Shown piece by piece: positions 29,522-39,275 of a stretch of 56,623 nt of DNA. The DNA is from a virus (lineage: Duplodnaviria > Caudoviricetes), in IMG/VR virus record IMGVR_UViG_3300035156_000125, positions 1-56,623 of that record; one strand, given 5' to 3'. The notes beneath the pieces were generated by a model. That model worked only from the letters and a program-made list of their open reading frames with translations, searched no databases and had not been told where the DNA came from. A program made the translations under genes and the position numbers. Positions within the stretch are counted from its first letter, which is position 1; each line of letters opens with the position of its first letter.

Positions 29522-29734
29522 TTATTTTTTACTTAATGAATTGGTTTGGTTATTCGAGGTTAAAATCGCATCTACTTCACTTGCTGTGATCTGTCCGGTA
29601 TCTTCATAGCCTTTTGATAGCCCGTATTCTAGAACTTTACGAACTTGCTCTTTCGACATTTGATTGCCGTTGTGTTCAAATACTCGATAGCTTTTGTTTA
29701 TCTGCCTTAATGCACCTTTGATGTCTGCGTCCAT
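29522..29734 (-). CDS. Hypothetical protein
   Basis: 70-aa ORF in operon. Confidence 0.7.
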   Translation of the reverse strand: MDADIKGALRQINKSYRVFEHNGNQMSKEQVRKVLEYGLSKGYEDTGQITASEVDAILTSNNQTNSLSKK

Positions 29735-29891
29735 GTTTGCTTGTTTTATTTTAATTTATTCGCAATACCCTTTAATCGCACGTAGTAGCCCCAAAACGGG
29801 CGTCAATTCGGTTTTGATAGAATTGCCCGTTGGAATGGATAGCGGTTGATTTTGGGCGGTACTGGTGCGCTGGGTTGGGGTTTAGGGCATA

Positions 29892-30083
29892 CTATTTAGC
29901 TGAAGGCTTCTTTGTCAACCTGAAATAATACGTTTTGCCATCCCCGTACAGTAGAAATTGATTATCCCATAGCGTGTCTAAGTCAACAAGACCGTTTTTC
30001 GGTATAGGCAGTTTGTCGATGTAGTGAGTTGTTCCCCACTTTTCGGTAACGCTTGCCATGATCTGCTCGTTTGTTTCTTCCAT
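29892..30083 (-). CDS. Hypothetical protein
   Basis: 63-aa ORF with A-rich leader. Confidence 0.65.
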   Translation of the reverse strand: MEETNEQIMASVTEKWGTTHYIDKLPIPKNGLVDLDTLWDNQFLLYGDGKTYYFRLTKKPSAK

Positions 30084-30139
30084 GTTGTTTTTATTTTACC
30101 TCCCCTTTCGTAGTGATTTGGGGGGGGTGAATTATTTAT

Positions 30140-31588
30140 TTAGAAGGGCGCTGCTTCGTCCATGCCGTCGTCGAAGTTTGTTGAGTTTTTTATTGCTTGG
30201 CTCATTGGTATTAGCCGTTGTGTGGTTAGTAGCGCGGCCTTTGCAGGGAATTGTGATGAAACCAATTCCATTTCATCAAGTTCATAGAATTTCATCTTTG
30301 GTCCGTCAAATCCTATTTTAATTTCTGCCAATTCCCCGTTTCTCCATTTAGAAACTAGAATATCTGCTTCGTTTTCGGTACTGCCTCCATCCTCGTTTGT
30401 TTTCTTGCCGCTCATAAAATCACGGTGGATAAAAAGCACCCCGTCTGCATCCTGTTCCAGAGATCCGCTTTCTCGCAGGTTGTGTAGTTTCGGCTTTTCA
30501 CCTTTTTGCTCGCTTAACCGGTTGAGTTGGCATAGCAGAACAATAGGGATGTTGTATTGCTTTGCCATTAGCTTTATCCCACGGCTGATTTTGCTTACTT
30601 CCTGCTCCCTGACTGAATTTTTATTTAGCCCGTCAGTATCAATTAATCCTAAGTAATCGATAAACAGAACATCAATTTCGTTACGCTGCTTTAGCCTGGC
30701 CACCTTGCTTTTTATGTCACCTATGTTTACGCTCGCATTGTCCGAAATTTTAATTGGCAGGTTGCTACTTCTATTCATTATTTGATAGAATTTATCCGCT
30801 TGCTCCTGGTCGTACATTCTATTTCTCCAAATTCGCCAATACTCAACTTCTGTTATTAGTGATGCCATACGACCCATAATTTGCTTATCATCCATTTCAA
30901 GGGTAATCAGTCCTACTTTGTGCCCCTTCTTTGCCGCCTCGACAATCATTCGTCCCATAAAAGCAGTCTTACCCACACTTGGCCGGGCGGCTACTATATA
31001 CATTCCTGTCGGCTCTAGTCCCCCGGTTATCTTATCTAAATGTCGAAAGCCTGTAGTTATGCCTGATAATTCCCGGTCCTTAACCTCAATCATTTTCATG
31101 TATAGATCACTAAGAACCTCATCGAAGTTTTTAAAGTCATCGGTTATCTTTATTTGCCGAAGTTTTACGAGTTTGTCTTGCAGTTCATCAATATACATTA
31201 GCCCGTCTTTGCCGTTTGTACCAGACAAGGTTAACTTTAGCATCTCCCTTTCGATATACATTTGCCTAAGAAACAGGGAATGCTTTTCCAGGTTGGCCGT
31301 TGAGCAAACTCCTTTAGTTATTTCTGCCACATACCAGGCTGCATTGTGTCCATCGACTATCTGAAAACCTTTTTTGTAAATACAGTATGTGGCCGTGCAA
31401 ATGTCAATCGGTTCACTCGCTTCCCACATTTCAGACAGCACGTTAAATATGTTTTTATGGTGCTCATAGTAAAAAACATCAGGGTTGATAATACCGTACA
31501 TTCTTCCAAAGGCGGTGGGCTCAAGTAAAACTGAACCAAGTATCACTTTTTCTAATTGTCTGCTGTAGTGCAATTCTTCTATAAACAT
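30140..31588 (-). CDS. dnaB: Replicative DNA helicase
   Basis: ARPSVGKT, IDYL, QLNR, LRESGSLEQDAD, KWRNG. Confidence 0.96.
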   Translation of the reverse strand: MFIEELHYSRQLEKVILGSVLLEPTAFGRMYGIINPDVFYYEHHKNIFNVLSEMWEASEPIDICTATYCIYKKGFQIVDGHNAAWYVAEITKGVCSTANLEKHSLFLRQMYIEREMLKLTLSGTNGKDGLMYIDELQDKLVKLRQIKITDDFKNFDEVLSDLYMKMIEVKDRELSGITTGFRHLDKITGGLEPTGMYIVAARPSVGKTAFMGRMIVEAAKKGHKVGLITLEMDDKQIMGRMASLITEVEYWRIWRNRMYDQEQADKFYQIMNRSSNLPIKISDNASVNIGDIKSKVARLKQRNEIDVLFIDYLGLIDTDGLNKNSVREQEVSKISRGIKLMAKQYNIPIVLLCQLNRLSEQKGEKPKLHNLRESGSLEQDADGVLFIHRDFMSGKKTNEDGGSTENEADILVSKWRNGELAEIKIGFDGPKMKFYELDEMELVSSQFPAKAALLTTQRLIPMSQAIKNSTNFDDGMDEAAPF

Positions 31589-32358
31589 TAGTCGTAAGTT
31601 GAAAGTTGTTTTTTTAGTTTTTCCTTTTTCTCTCTGTCGGATATTTCTTCAGGTGCAGAATATGAATTGAATGTTTTTAAGGTTGTAGGCGTCTGCCTGT
31701 TCATCCAGTTTATGAAGTGGGTGTAAGTATCTGAAACATCTTCGTAGAATTTCTTTCCGTTGAAATTTTGAACCTTAAACACTTTCCAATACCTCAAAAC
31801 CTTTTCATCATCAACGGTAATCTGTTTGCCTATTTTCAAAAGCTCCTTAACCGCACCTATTTTAATTTCTGGTATTTCAAGCTGTAAATTTTCTTCGTTA
31901 GGAAATTTTGGAAAATCCGTATTAATAATACCATTTACATTACCAGTACCATTTACAGTAACAGTAACAGTATCAGTATCATTTACATTACCAGTTGAAT
32001 TTGTTGAGGTTTGTTGACCGTTGTTATCGTTTGTTGAGCTTTGTTGAATTTTGTTGACGTTTGTTGAATTTTGTTGATTTTCTTCAAACTCCTTCAATAT
32101 CCTTTTTGTCTCTGCGCTAACCTTTCCGGCCTCACTTCTTGCCTTTTTCTTTTCCTCGTACTTTTTTAGATCCCGCTTCATTTGCCTTTTTATTGGCTCA
32201 AAAACAAGATCGACTACCATATCTTCAACTGTTGGGTTTCTATCGTTTACATAGGAAAGAATTATTTTTAACAATACCCCAGCCTTATCGTCCGGCATCT
32301 TTTCTACTGTATGGATTAAATCAGCATACAGTACAAAAGACTTTTTATCTTCTGCCAT
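31588..32358 (-). CDS. Replication initiator (DUF6291-like N-terminus)
   Basis: KKSFVLYAD...RSEAGK; coupled to dnaB; internal iteron-like repeats. Confidence 0.8.
   Translation of the reverse strand: MAEDKKSFVLYADLIHTVEKMPDDKAGVLLKIILSYVNDRNPTVEDMVVDLVFEPIKRQMKRDLKKYEEKKKARSEAGKVSAETKRILKEFEENQQNSTNVNKIQQSSTNDNNGQQTSTNSTGNVNDTDTVTVTVNGTGNVNGIINTDFPKFPNEENLQLEIPEIKIGAVKELLKIGKQITVDDEKVLRYWKVFKVQNFNGKKFYEDVSDTYTHFINWMNRQTPTTLKTFNSYSAPEEISDREKKEKLKKQLSTYD
32001..32080. repeat. Eight 10-bp-phased TTGTTGAnnn repeats, putative replication origin
   Basis: Exact 10-bp period (one copy TTGTTAT) inside the initiator gene. Confidence 0.75.
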
Positions 32359-32424
32359 TTCGTGCGTTTGAATTAATTTTAAAAAAATAGTATCCTGATC
32401 TATTGGAAGTATCGTTTCAAACTA

Positions 32425-32514
32425 TATCTTTGCACTACCACAGTTGCAAAACAAAGTTTAAAATGCGTTTCCAAAAGTTATAATGGCGTCCCTGGCAGGA
32501 TGCCATTTTCTTTT
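32425..32514 (+). ncRNA. Putative ~75-nt counter-transcript upstream of the initiator
   Basis: TATCTTTG at 32425-32432; terminator AATGGCGTCC-CTGGCA-GGATGCCATT-TTCTTTT. Confidence 0.55.
32435..32506 (-). CDS. Possible 23-aa leader peptide
   Basis: MASCQGRHYNFWKRILNFVLQLW after an A-rich leader. Confidence 0.3.
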   Translation of the reverse strand: MASCQGRHYNFWKRILNFVLQLW

Positions 32515-32675
32515 AGTATCGTTTAATTTTTAATTGAGCATAGGCGAAACATATTTTAAAAGTTATATAAATTAAATAATGAATATACGGTAGGTATAAA
32601 ATGAAAATAGCCGCCTTTCGGAGCTATTCTGCGTATAGCAAAAGTATATAAACAAACAATACTAAACAAATAATT

Positions 32676-32861
32676 ATGGCGAAAGGAGCAAAGAAAGGAC
32701 CGGCAAAAATTGATGCTAATGGCCTGGTGGCAATGTCATTCAAGTTCACGCCGGAAGTAAAAGATTTACTCGAAAAGGTTTCAGCCGCTAACAGGCGATC
32801 TTATACTGGTACTATCGAAGTGCTTATTCGTGAAGCAGCCAAACAACAAAACATCACCTAA
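32676..32861 (+). CDS. Ribbon-helix-helix (Arc/CopG-like) regulator
   Basis: VAMSFKF beta strand, PEVKDLLEKVS, RRSYTGTIEVLIREA. Confidence 0.8.
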   Translation: MAKGAKKGPAKIDANGLVAMSFKFTPEVKDLLEKVSAANRRSYTGTIEVLIREAAKQQNIT

Positions 32862-32923
32862 ACTGATCGGGATTTGCGAAGTGGGGTTATCGTTCCAATT
32901 TTAAAAGTTTCTCCAATCTGTGT

Positions 32924-33457
32924 TTACTTATTATGTGCAGACCAATATTCAGTATTGATCCTCCGTTGGGAAATAATCCTTTTTACCTTAGGCAACATGG
33001 CAAACTGTGATTTATCTACCTTTCTCTTATCAGATATGGCGGTCAGTTCTGCCGGTAATTGCGGGTTACTGTACTCTCCCGGTGCCCTGGAAAATATTAC
33101 CGGCTCCGGCATGTGAGACTTTATAATTACTTTTTCTGTAACGGATATTTCGTCCGATTTTGCTTCTACCTTTTTAGTTACGGCATCCGGTGGCGTGGAT
33201 ACCTGGTTTTTTACTTCTTCGCTTTCATTCATCTTACTTTCCAGAATGATAGATAATTCAACATCGCCGTGCGTATTTTGAAAATCAGGCAACCGGGTTG
33301 CAATAAAGTTGTTTAATATAAGATTTACGGCGTCTGTCTTTGCCTCGCACCGTTCTCTAAATGAAGTCTGGTCTGCTCTTATCGGTCCGTCCGGTTCGGG
33401 CAAGTGACAATAAATCCTGCTTACCAGTTTTGATTTGAGGCTTACTTCTATAAACAT
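32924..33457 (-). CDS. Hypothetical protein
   Basis: 177-aa ORF. Confidence 0.75.
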   Translation of the reverse strand: MFIEVSLKSKLVSRIYCHLPEPDGPIRADQTSFRERCEAKTDAVNLILNNFIATRLPDFQNTHGDVELSIILESKMNESEEVKNQVSTPPDAVTKKVEAKSDEISVTEKVIIKSHMPEPVIFSRAPGEYSNPQLPAELTAISDKRKVDKSQFAMLPKVKRIISQRRINTEYWSAHNK

Positions 33458-33468
33458 GATTTGAATTT

Positions 33469-33801
33469 TTATCCTACCAGTTTTATTTCCTTACCGCTTA
33501 ATAGTCCGTCGATCATTACCTCTACAAGTTCCCGTTGATCCGGTGGCAGTAGTGCGACCTTCTCATTAATCGCAACGACTGCCAATACATCGCTCCGTAG
33601 TTCCTGGTTAATCCCGTCCCGTACTATTTGAGGCAGTAACGGTTCGCTTTTAATGTCGTTGAATATCCATTCGATCTTGGTTCGATACGTGCGGAATAGC
33701 CTGCTTAATGCTGATGACGGGCGTTCACGAATAAAGTCCTCCATAAACGATTGGGCTATTTTTAAATGCTGAACTGTAGAAATTACATTGGCTCCTTTCA
33801 T
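33469..33801 (-). CDS. Hypothetical protein
   Basis: 110-aa ORF. Confidence 0.75.
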   Translation of the reverse strand: MKGANVISTVQHLKIAQSFMEDFIRERPSSALSRLFRTYRTKIEWIFNDIKSEPLLPQIVRDGINQELRSDVLAVVAINEKVALLPPDQRELVEVMIDGLLSGKEIKLVG

Positions 33802-33836
33802 ATCATTTTACGGTGTTGGATTATTTGGGAAGGGGG

Positions 33837-34178
33837 TTAGAACGGCAAGAATGAGCCGTCATCGGTTATATGACTAACTACTTTTATCCCCAGCGATTCG
33901 GCAAGGTTGATTTCATGTTGCATTCCTGAACTTATCCTGTCACCACACAACCACATTTCATCTATAAACCCGCGTTTAATTAACTCTGTGTCGTTCTTAA
34001 TGCCGCGTTCCCGCTCGGACGGCACATTGTCATCCAGTGCGTGGCAATCGAGCCAATACGGGGCAAATGGTACGATTTCGGGGCAATGGATATTTATGTC
34101 ACGGACTATCTGCCTTATGTTCTCTAAGTTAGCGGTGACGTTGCCGGAGATTTTGTGAGCGATGTAGATAATTTTCAT
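33837..34178 (-). CDS. Nucleoside deoxyribosyltransferase-like (DUF4406-type) protein
   Basis: IYIAH.ISG...DEMWLCG..S.GM..EI..A. Confidence 0.7.
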   Translation of the reverse strand: MKIIYIAHKISGNVTANLENIRQIVRDINIHCPEIVPFAPYWLDCHALDDNVPSERERGIKNDTELIKRGFIDEMWLCGDRISSGMQHEINLAESLGIKVVSHITDDGSFLPF

Positions 34179-34231
34179 ATTATGCTTGTTTATTGTATTC
34201 GTTTCGGCTTTTTTCGGTAAATGCTTACGCC

Positions 34232-35218
34232 TTATATTGCATGTCTGAATAAATCGGGTTTACTCATTTCGATTGCAGCCCGTTTATTGCTCATTAGGAC
34301 GTGCTTTAGTGTTGTCTCAAACCCTACGAACCTTCTACCCTCTTTAGCTGCCATTGCGCATTCTGTGCCGCTACCTGCGAAGGGAACGACTATTAAATCA
34401 TTCGGGCGGGAACAGGTCAGGATTAAGGCGCGGGTAACCGCTTCCGGCTTCTTTGTATCGTGGTCGAATTTTCTTGTATTTAATGTTTCCTGCTCAAACT
34501 TTAGTACATCGGTAAGCATTAGTAAATTTTCGAAAGGACGCCGCGTCTTTTCGTAATTGTCGCGAAGTACTCTATATTCCGAATTTAATTCTAGGTAGGA
34601 CTTTTGTAAATATTGAGACCCTAACCATACTTGCAAACTTTTATAAATTGGTTCGCTAATCATAGCGGGCTCCATCTTATCCAAACTTAAACAAGCGGAT
34701 GCAACCCCGCCGCCATTTGTAGCAGTCCCTAATGCAGCATTTATTTCGCTGAATGAAATTTTCCCTTTTGCCTTAATTATTTCCTCCCTTATATAATCCC
34801 TTACATTACAAACACAACCAGTTAAATTTATTGTATCATGTGTGTACATTAGCAGCCTTTCCGTAACAGGAGCGAATGAACGAAAGTTCTGAATGTACAT
34901 TCTGGTTTGGCAATCTTTCTTTTCCCACACGATCGAGTTTTCTAAATTGAAATACCGATCGAAAATAACCTGCACATAAGCTATTCTTTTAGCGTGTCCC
35001 CAAACAAACAAAGTTCCATTGTCGGCTAAAATCCTTTTGTAAAGTTTCGCCTGCCCTTCCATAAATTCTAAGTATTCATCAAACGACTTCCACACAAAAT
35101 CAAAGTCACCTTTTACCTCAAAATATGGCGGATCTGCAATGATTAGGTTAGCGCATTTTTCCGGCAATTGGGGTATGCCTATTCGGTTGTCAAGGTGGTG
35201 TACTGTATTTAACTCCAT
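34232..35218 (-). CDS. Orphan N6-adenine/N4-cytosine DNA methyltransferase (beta class)
   Basis: DPPY motif N-terminal, H.T.KP and PFAGSGT C-terminal. Confidence 0.92.
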   Translation of the reverse strand: MELNTVHHLDNRIGIPQLPEKCANLIIADPPYFEVKGDFDFVWKSFDEYLEFMEGQAKLYKRILADNGTLFVWGHAKRIAYVQVIFDRYFNLENSIVWEKKDCQTRMYIQNFRSFAPVTERLLMYTHDTINLTGCVCNVRDYIREEIIKAKGKISFSEINAALGTATNGGGVASACLSLDKMEPAMISEPIYKSLQVWLGSQYLQKSYLELNSEYRVLRDNYEKTRRPFENLLMLTDVLKFEQETLNTRKFDHDTKKPEAVTRALILTCSRPNDLIVVPFAGSGTECAMAAKEGRRFVGFETTLKHVLMSNKRAAIEMSKPDLFRHAI

Positions 35219-35230
35219 ATTTCTCTTTTC

Positions 35231-35572
35231 TTACCAACCAAATTCACCCTGATCGAGCGGCTTGGTGGGGTGTTTAATTACGTTAATTCTATAAAATTCT
35301 TCGGTTGAGCCGTACAATCCCAGCTTTCGTTTACCCGTCTTTACCAGGTGGTCTTTCTTGTATAGGTTCGTTACGGCCCGTCCAATCGATACCTTTATCC
35401 ATTTATGCCCCGCTCGCTCGCACATGCCGAGAATATCCGAAACGGTAAAGGGCATTCGGGTCGTCAGGTATATTTTTAGGCAAGCCTGTTCCTGCGTTAA
35501 GCACTTGGCAACCTGGTCTTTCAGGGCTTGGCCTGCAGTTTGGTTGGTATTGTAAAATGTTTGGGTTGTCAT
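35231..35572 (-). CDS. Winged-helix DNA-binding protein
   Basis: SIGRAVTNL...LVKTG..K.G.YG. Confidence 0.65.
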   Translation of the reverse strand: MTTQTFYNTNQTAGQALKDQVAKCLTQEQACLKIYLTTRMPFTVSDILGMCERAGHKWIKVSIGRAVTNLYKKDHLVKTGKRKLGLYGSTEEFYRINVIKHPTKPLDQGEFGW

Positions 35573-35600
35573 AACGGTGTGGAGTTGTCGAAGTTGGGAA

Positions 35601-35867
35601 TTACTTTAACCTTTCTTCTAATTGATAAAAAGTGAACCGGCTCCAATTCTCTTTCAGGAACTCAATTTTCATTCGATCATCAAGGCTGCCAGAAGTAAAC
35701 CCTTCTATTTTGAACTTTTCGAATAATGGCTGTATCACTTCAGATAGCCTTCTTTTATCCTGTTTTGCCATTGCCCTTGATACGCGTCTAGTTAATTCTT
35801 CAATCAACTCATCGTCGCTTAATTCACTCGGCTCCGGGTCGGCTACCCAAACTTCAACGTATGCCAT
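35601..35867 (-). CDS. Hypothetical protein
   Basis: 88-aa ORF. Confidence 0.75.
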   Translation of the reverse strand: MAYVEVWVADPEPSELSDDELIEELTRRVSRAMAKQDKRRLSEVIQPLFEKFKIEGFTSGSLDDRMKIEFLKENWSRFTFYQLEERLK

Positions 35868-35954
35868 AGCTTTATTTTTTACTGTTTTATTTCAATCACT
35901 TCCACAACAACAACCCGAACAGTTTCGATTGTGTCGTGGATGGTTAGGAGGGTG

Positions 35955-36383
35955 TTAGGCGAACATTGCTGACTGCTCATTAGGATAGGGAATTTGCGTG
36001 TTTAAATACTCGGCTGCAAACTTTATTACTTCGTCAATTAGTACCATAAAATCAACCGTGGATAGCGTCGCGGTGCTGCCTGGTATTTCTATTGCTTCGC
36101 CTGTGTTGCGGTTAGGGATGCACTTTTTTAGAAACTTGTATTTGATAAACTCGTGTGCATCGTTGTTATCCCTTATTTCATCCCATCCCGAATTGCGCAA
36201 TCCTTCGAAAACCAATGGAACCAGACAACCCCAATAGAATGAGTTTTGAGGCAGGGAGCGGCGGTTATTAACCTTCTTAACCGTCACTCGATACTTTCCG
36301 TCCGCAAGCTCGGTAAAAAACTTACGGACGGCTGTAGTGTTTGTGATCTTGCTGTCGGTTATATGTAGAATGAGTTCTTGCAT
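35955..36383 (-). CDS. NinB/Orf-like recombination accessory protein
   Basis: RSLPQN.FYW, HEFIK, STATL...F. Confidence 0.75.
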   Translation of the reverse strand: MQELILHITDSKITNTTAVRKFFTELADGKYRVTVKKVNNRRSLPQNSFYWGCLVPLVFEGLRNSGWDEIRDNNDAHEFIKYKFLKKCIPNRNTGEAIEIPGSTATLSTVDFMVLIDEVIKFAAEYLNTQIPYPNEQSAMFA

Positions 36384-36401
36384 AACATATTATAAAAAAT
36401 C

Positions 36402-36845
36402 CTAAAATGGCAAATCGTCGATCGGCTCAACATAGCTACTGCTCTGTGCCGTCTGGTAAGTCTCTGCAGGCGTGTAGGTTTGCGATTGTTGTGGCTGCTG
36501 TGACTGCTGTGACTGCTGTGACTGCTGCTGACCGCTGCTAAGTAGTTGAACAGATAACACGCGAAGCGATAAAGACGCACCATGTTGCCCTGTGTTCGAG
36601 GTATAGGTTCGAATATCCGGGCTGCCTTCCACATACACTTGAACACCCTTTTTTAGATACGGAGCAATACCAGTTTTATCAGTCCAATATGCGCAATCCA
36701 CCCATATACTTTTGTCCTTCTGATTACCTTGCGCGTCCTTAAACTTTTCAGTATGGCATACGCTAAAATTCATTACTTGCTTGCCGCCTACGTTGTTAAT
36801 AAGGCAATCTTTCCCGAGGTGGCCGATGGCCTGTAGTTTAATCAT
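36402..36845 (-). CDS. ssb: Single-stranded DNA-binding protein
   Basis: IGHLGKD, YLKKG..VYVEG, DDLPF tail. Confidence 0.95.
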   Translation of the reverse strand: MIKLQAIGHLGKDCLINNVGGKQVMNFSVCHTEKFKDAQGNQKDKSIWVDCAYWTDKTGIAPYLKKGVQVYVEGSPDIRTYTSNTGQHGASLSLRVLSVQLLSSGQQQSQQSQQSQQPQQSQTYTPAETYQTAQSSSYVEPIDDLPF

Positions 36846-36850
36846 TTCTT

Positions 36851-37396
36851 TTATTTCAACGTAACACTGACAGACGTTGTACTGGTTTTGTATGGTTTAT
36901 AAACTGTGTAGGTTTCGCCGGTTTCCGGATCGGTCACTACAAGTCCGCTTTCCGGCACAGCCTGCAAAAACGTTTCACGTTCCTTTATCTTCTTTTCAAG
37001 TTCTTGCTGCTTTTCGTACAACTCACCCAAAACAGGGTCTTCGGTGTTTTCGTAGTGCCACTTTGTGCCGGTTTCTATTTGTGTAAACTTGGCATTGTGA
37101 AAGTCGAAAGACTTTTGCCCGTTGCAGTTTTTTGTAAAGGCGTCTAACAAATGGGATTTATACTCCTTTGCGGCTTCCAGGTTCTTGTTCTTTTGCTTGT
37201 CGCTACTGGTTAGCTGCGTAATAATATCCTCCATTGCCTTTACTTGCAAATGAACAATAAGCGGGTTTACTTCGCCTTCACTTAGTCCGGCTAATACTCC
37301 ATCAACAAACGACTTTCGCTGCGCCTTGTTGGTCTCAAATAGCGCAAGGGTTGACTTTGGCGACATTTCAACATCCTGATCAAAATAGTTTTCCAT
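36851..37396 (-). CDS. Conserved hypothetical protein of the recombination module
   Basis: 181 aa between the Sak4-like gene and ssb. Confidence 0.75.
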   Translation of the reverse strand: MENYFDQDVEMSPKSTLALFETNKAQRKSFVDGVLAGLSEGEVNPLIVHLQVKAMEDIITQLTSSDKQKNKNLEAAKEYKSHLLDAFTKNCNGQKSFDFHNAKFTQIETGTKWHYENTEDPVLGELYEKQQELEKKIKERETFLQAVPESGLVVTDPETGETYTVYKPYKTSTTSVSVTLK

Positions 37397-37398
37397 AG

Positions 37399-38274
37399 TT
37401 AGGCTGTTTGCGCTTCTTTTGGAGCGGTTAAGAATTTATATCGAGACATTGCGGCTGCGTGAAAATCTTTATCCCTTACAACGTATTCAAGCAATGTGCT
37501 TTTAAAGGTGCTTAGGTCTTCAACGGTGCCGCAATTAGAAAGATTTGCAATTGCTTCGCTTACCGCATCTTTCATATCTACTCCACTTTCGCACCATTCA
37601 GCTATCATTTTTCCGGTTGCTTCTGAAGGGGTAAATTCAGGCTTTCCCATAAATAAGCCGGTTCTATCTTTGGAGGCAGAAGCGTTGTGGTTTTGGTCGA
37701 GGTTTAGATTAATGGTTAATTCGTATTCATAGCCGTCCCTTGTAATTTCTTTTAAACCCGATTTCTCAACAACTGTTTTACCATTACTATTTTTACTCAT
37801 TTCATAATCCTGCTTCCTTCTAACCGTTGTTATGATATGAGTAGGACTTTGTAAAATAGCATCTATAAAACTCTGGTGGCGTGGCGTCACTTTGCCCCAT
37901 GAGGTGTAACTATTTTTAGCTTGGCTTGCTTGTGTTATCTGATCTACTATTTCTAAGCAGCCGCCTTTCCCATCCCACTCATGCGTTATACTATCGACTA
38001 TAATAACCTCCATTCCTGCTACCTCGCAAGTCTTTATTGCTTCTATATATTTTTCCGGTGTAAACGGAGCAGATAGCGGTAAAACATTGTAGTCGCCTAA
38101 ATGCGCGTACAGGTCGGCGCTATTGTTCTCTGTGTCGATTACCGCGACTTTTGATAAGTCACCACAAAGTCCTTTAGCGATCAGTATTGCGGAGTAAGTT
38201 TTGCCGCCTCCGCTTACTGCTGACAGCCCTAACCTTATTTTTGCTTTTTGCCGTGTGGCTTTTCTTAGTTGCAT
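37399..38274 (-). CDS. Sak4-like AAA ATPase / single-strand annealing recombinase
   Basis: SGGGKTYSA, IDTE, IVDSITHEW, SKDRT; near ssb. Confidence 0.85.
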   Translation of the reverse strand: MQLRKATRQKAKIRLGLSAVSGGGKTYSAILIAKGLCGDLSKVAVIDTENNSADLYAHLGDYNVLPLSAPFTPEKYIEAIKTCEVAGMEVIIVDSITHEWDGKGGCLEIVDQITQASQAKNSYTSWGKVTPRHQSFIDAILQSPTHIITTVRRKQDYEMSKNSNGKTVVEKSGLKEITRDGYEYELTINLNLDQNHNASASKDRTGLFMGKPEFTPSEATGKMIAEWCESGVDMKDAVSEAIANLSNCGTVEDLSTFKSTLLEYVVRDKDFHAAAMSRYKFLTAPKEAQTA

Positions 38275-38295
38275 TACTTTATTTTTTAAGATTTA

Positions 38296-38601
38296 TTAAG
38301 CAATTTCCCCCTCCCCGATCCGAACATTAACCGGATAGCCTATTTCCTTTTCCTCAATCGCGGTAACCATGCGCTGTACGAGGTTGGCGTAGTACTCCTG
38401 CAATCGTATCACTGCGGCCTGGTGTATCCTTTCTTCGTGCTGTAGACTTGGTATTAAGCGCCTGGCTGGATGCATGTGATCAAGCCGGTATGACCATTCA
38501 ATTTCTCGGTGACACTCGTCGGCCTTTTTGTTTAAGTCCTCGATCAGTTTCAGTACGGCCAGTTGCTTTTCGGTTGCGGAGATTAGGTAGGTGGTTATCA
38601 T
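38296..38601 (-). CDS. Hypothetical protein (start MITTY)
   Basis: ATGA overlap with the upstream gene. Confidence 0.7.
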   Translation of the reverse strand: MITTYLISATEKQLAVLKLIEDLNKKADECHREIEWSYRLDHMHPARRLIPSLQHEERIHQAAVIRLQEYYANLVQRMVTAIEEKEIGYPVNVRIGEGEIA

Positions 38602-39050
38602 TTGAGGCTGTTTTGGTAGGCTTCGTATTCTTGTTGGGTGGCGGGGAGCAAATAAGGTAGCCACATAGATGCAGTCATGGGGCAATTATCTATACTTATC
38701 GTATTGTCCGGCAGTAGCTTAAATTTGACTACTTTATTTTCCGTACCAAACCCTTGCTGCCATGTGGCATACTCCGGCATGTCCTCTATCTTTCTATCCT
38801 CCCACCATCCAAGAAGTTTAAATAGGTGCGGTAATTCTTTCAATCTTTGCTCTGGAAAATAATTCCTTACCGTTGCATTGCCTGTAAATCCATCATTGCA
38901 ACTCGTTTGAGTTATAAACCAACTAACATTATCCCTATCCTTTCTTTTTTCCGAATACGAATTTTCTACTAACATTCCTGCAGTATATGGGGAATGGATA
39001 TAATCTGCAATAACCTTATAGCGCGGTTTCATTAGTTCTTCCGGTGTCAT
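38598..39050 (-). CDS. Hypothetical protein (start MTPEEL)
   Basis: PRYKVIADY...PHLFK.L.WWE motif. Confidence 0.75.
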   Translation of the reverse strand: MTPEELMKPRYKVIADYIHSPYTAGMLVENSYSEKRKDRDNVSWFITQTSCNDGFTGNATVRNYFPEQRLKELPHLFKLLGWWEDRKIEDMPEYATWQQGFGTENKVVKFKLLPDNTISIDNCPMTASMWLPYLLPATQQEYEAYQNSLK

Positions 39051-39061
39051 AACGGTTTGTT

Positions 39062-39274
39062 TTACATCCATCCCACATGAACTTTATCAACCACCTTCAC
39101 GGTAAATCGGGTTGACAAGTCCATTGCGCGACGGTCTTTTTTAAGAAGTTTGTTTAATTCGGTTTCGACGGGCGTTCCTTTCGGTACGGGTAGTTCTTTT
39201 GTCAGCACCGGATACGTAGCGCCCCGGTCTGTGATTTCGTAGTCTACTTTGTAGAGGTCTTTTGGAGGTTTCAT
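39062..39274 (-). CDS. Hypothetical protein (start MKPPK)
   Basis: Tiles the operon. Confidence 0.65.
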   Translation of the reverse strand: MKPPKDLYKVDYEITDRGATYPVLTKELPVPKGTPVETELNKLLKKDRRAMDLSTRFTVKVVDKVHVGWM

Positions 39275-39275
39275 A

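Noticed and set aside
29756-29890. ATG CCC TAA followed by ~41 open codons (pseudogene or readthrough)
   Set aside because: No recognisable protein; could easily be chance
36495-36530. 9-bp tandem repeat in ssb
   Set aside because: Ordinary Gln/Ser linker
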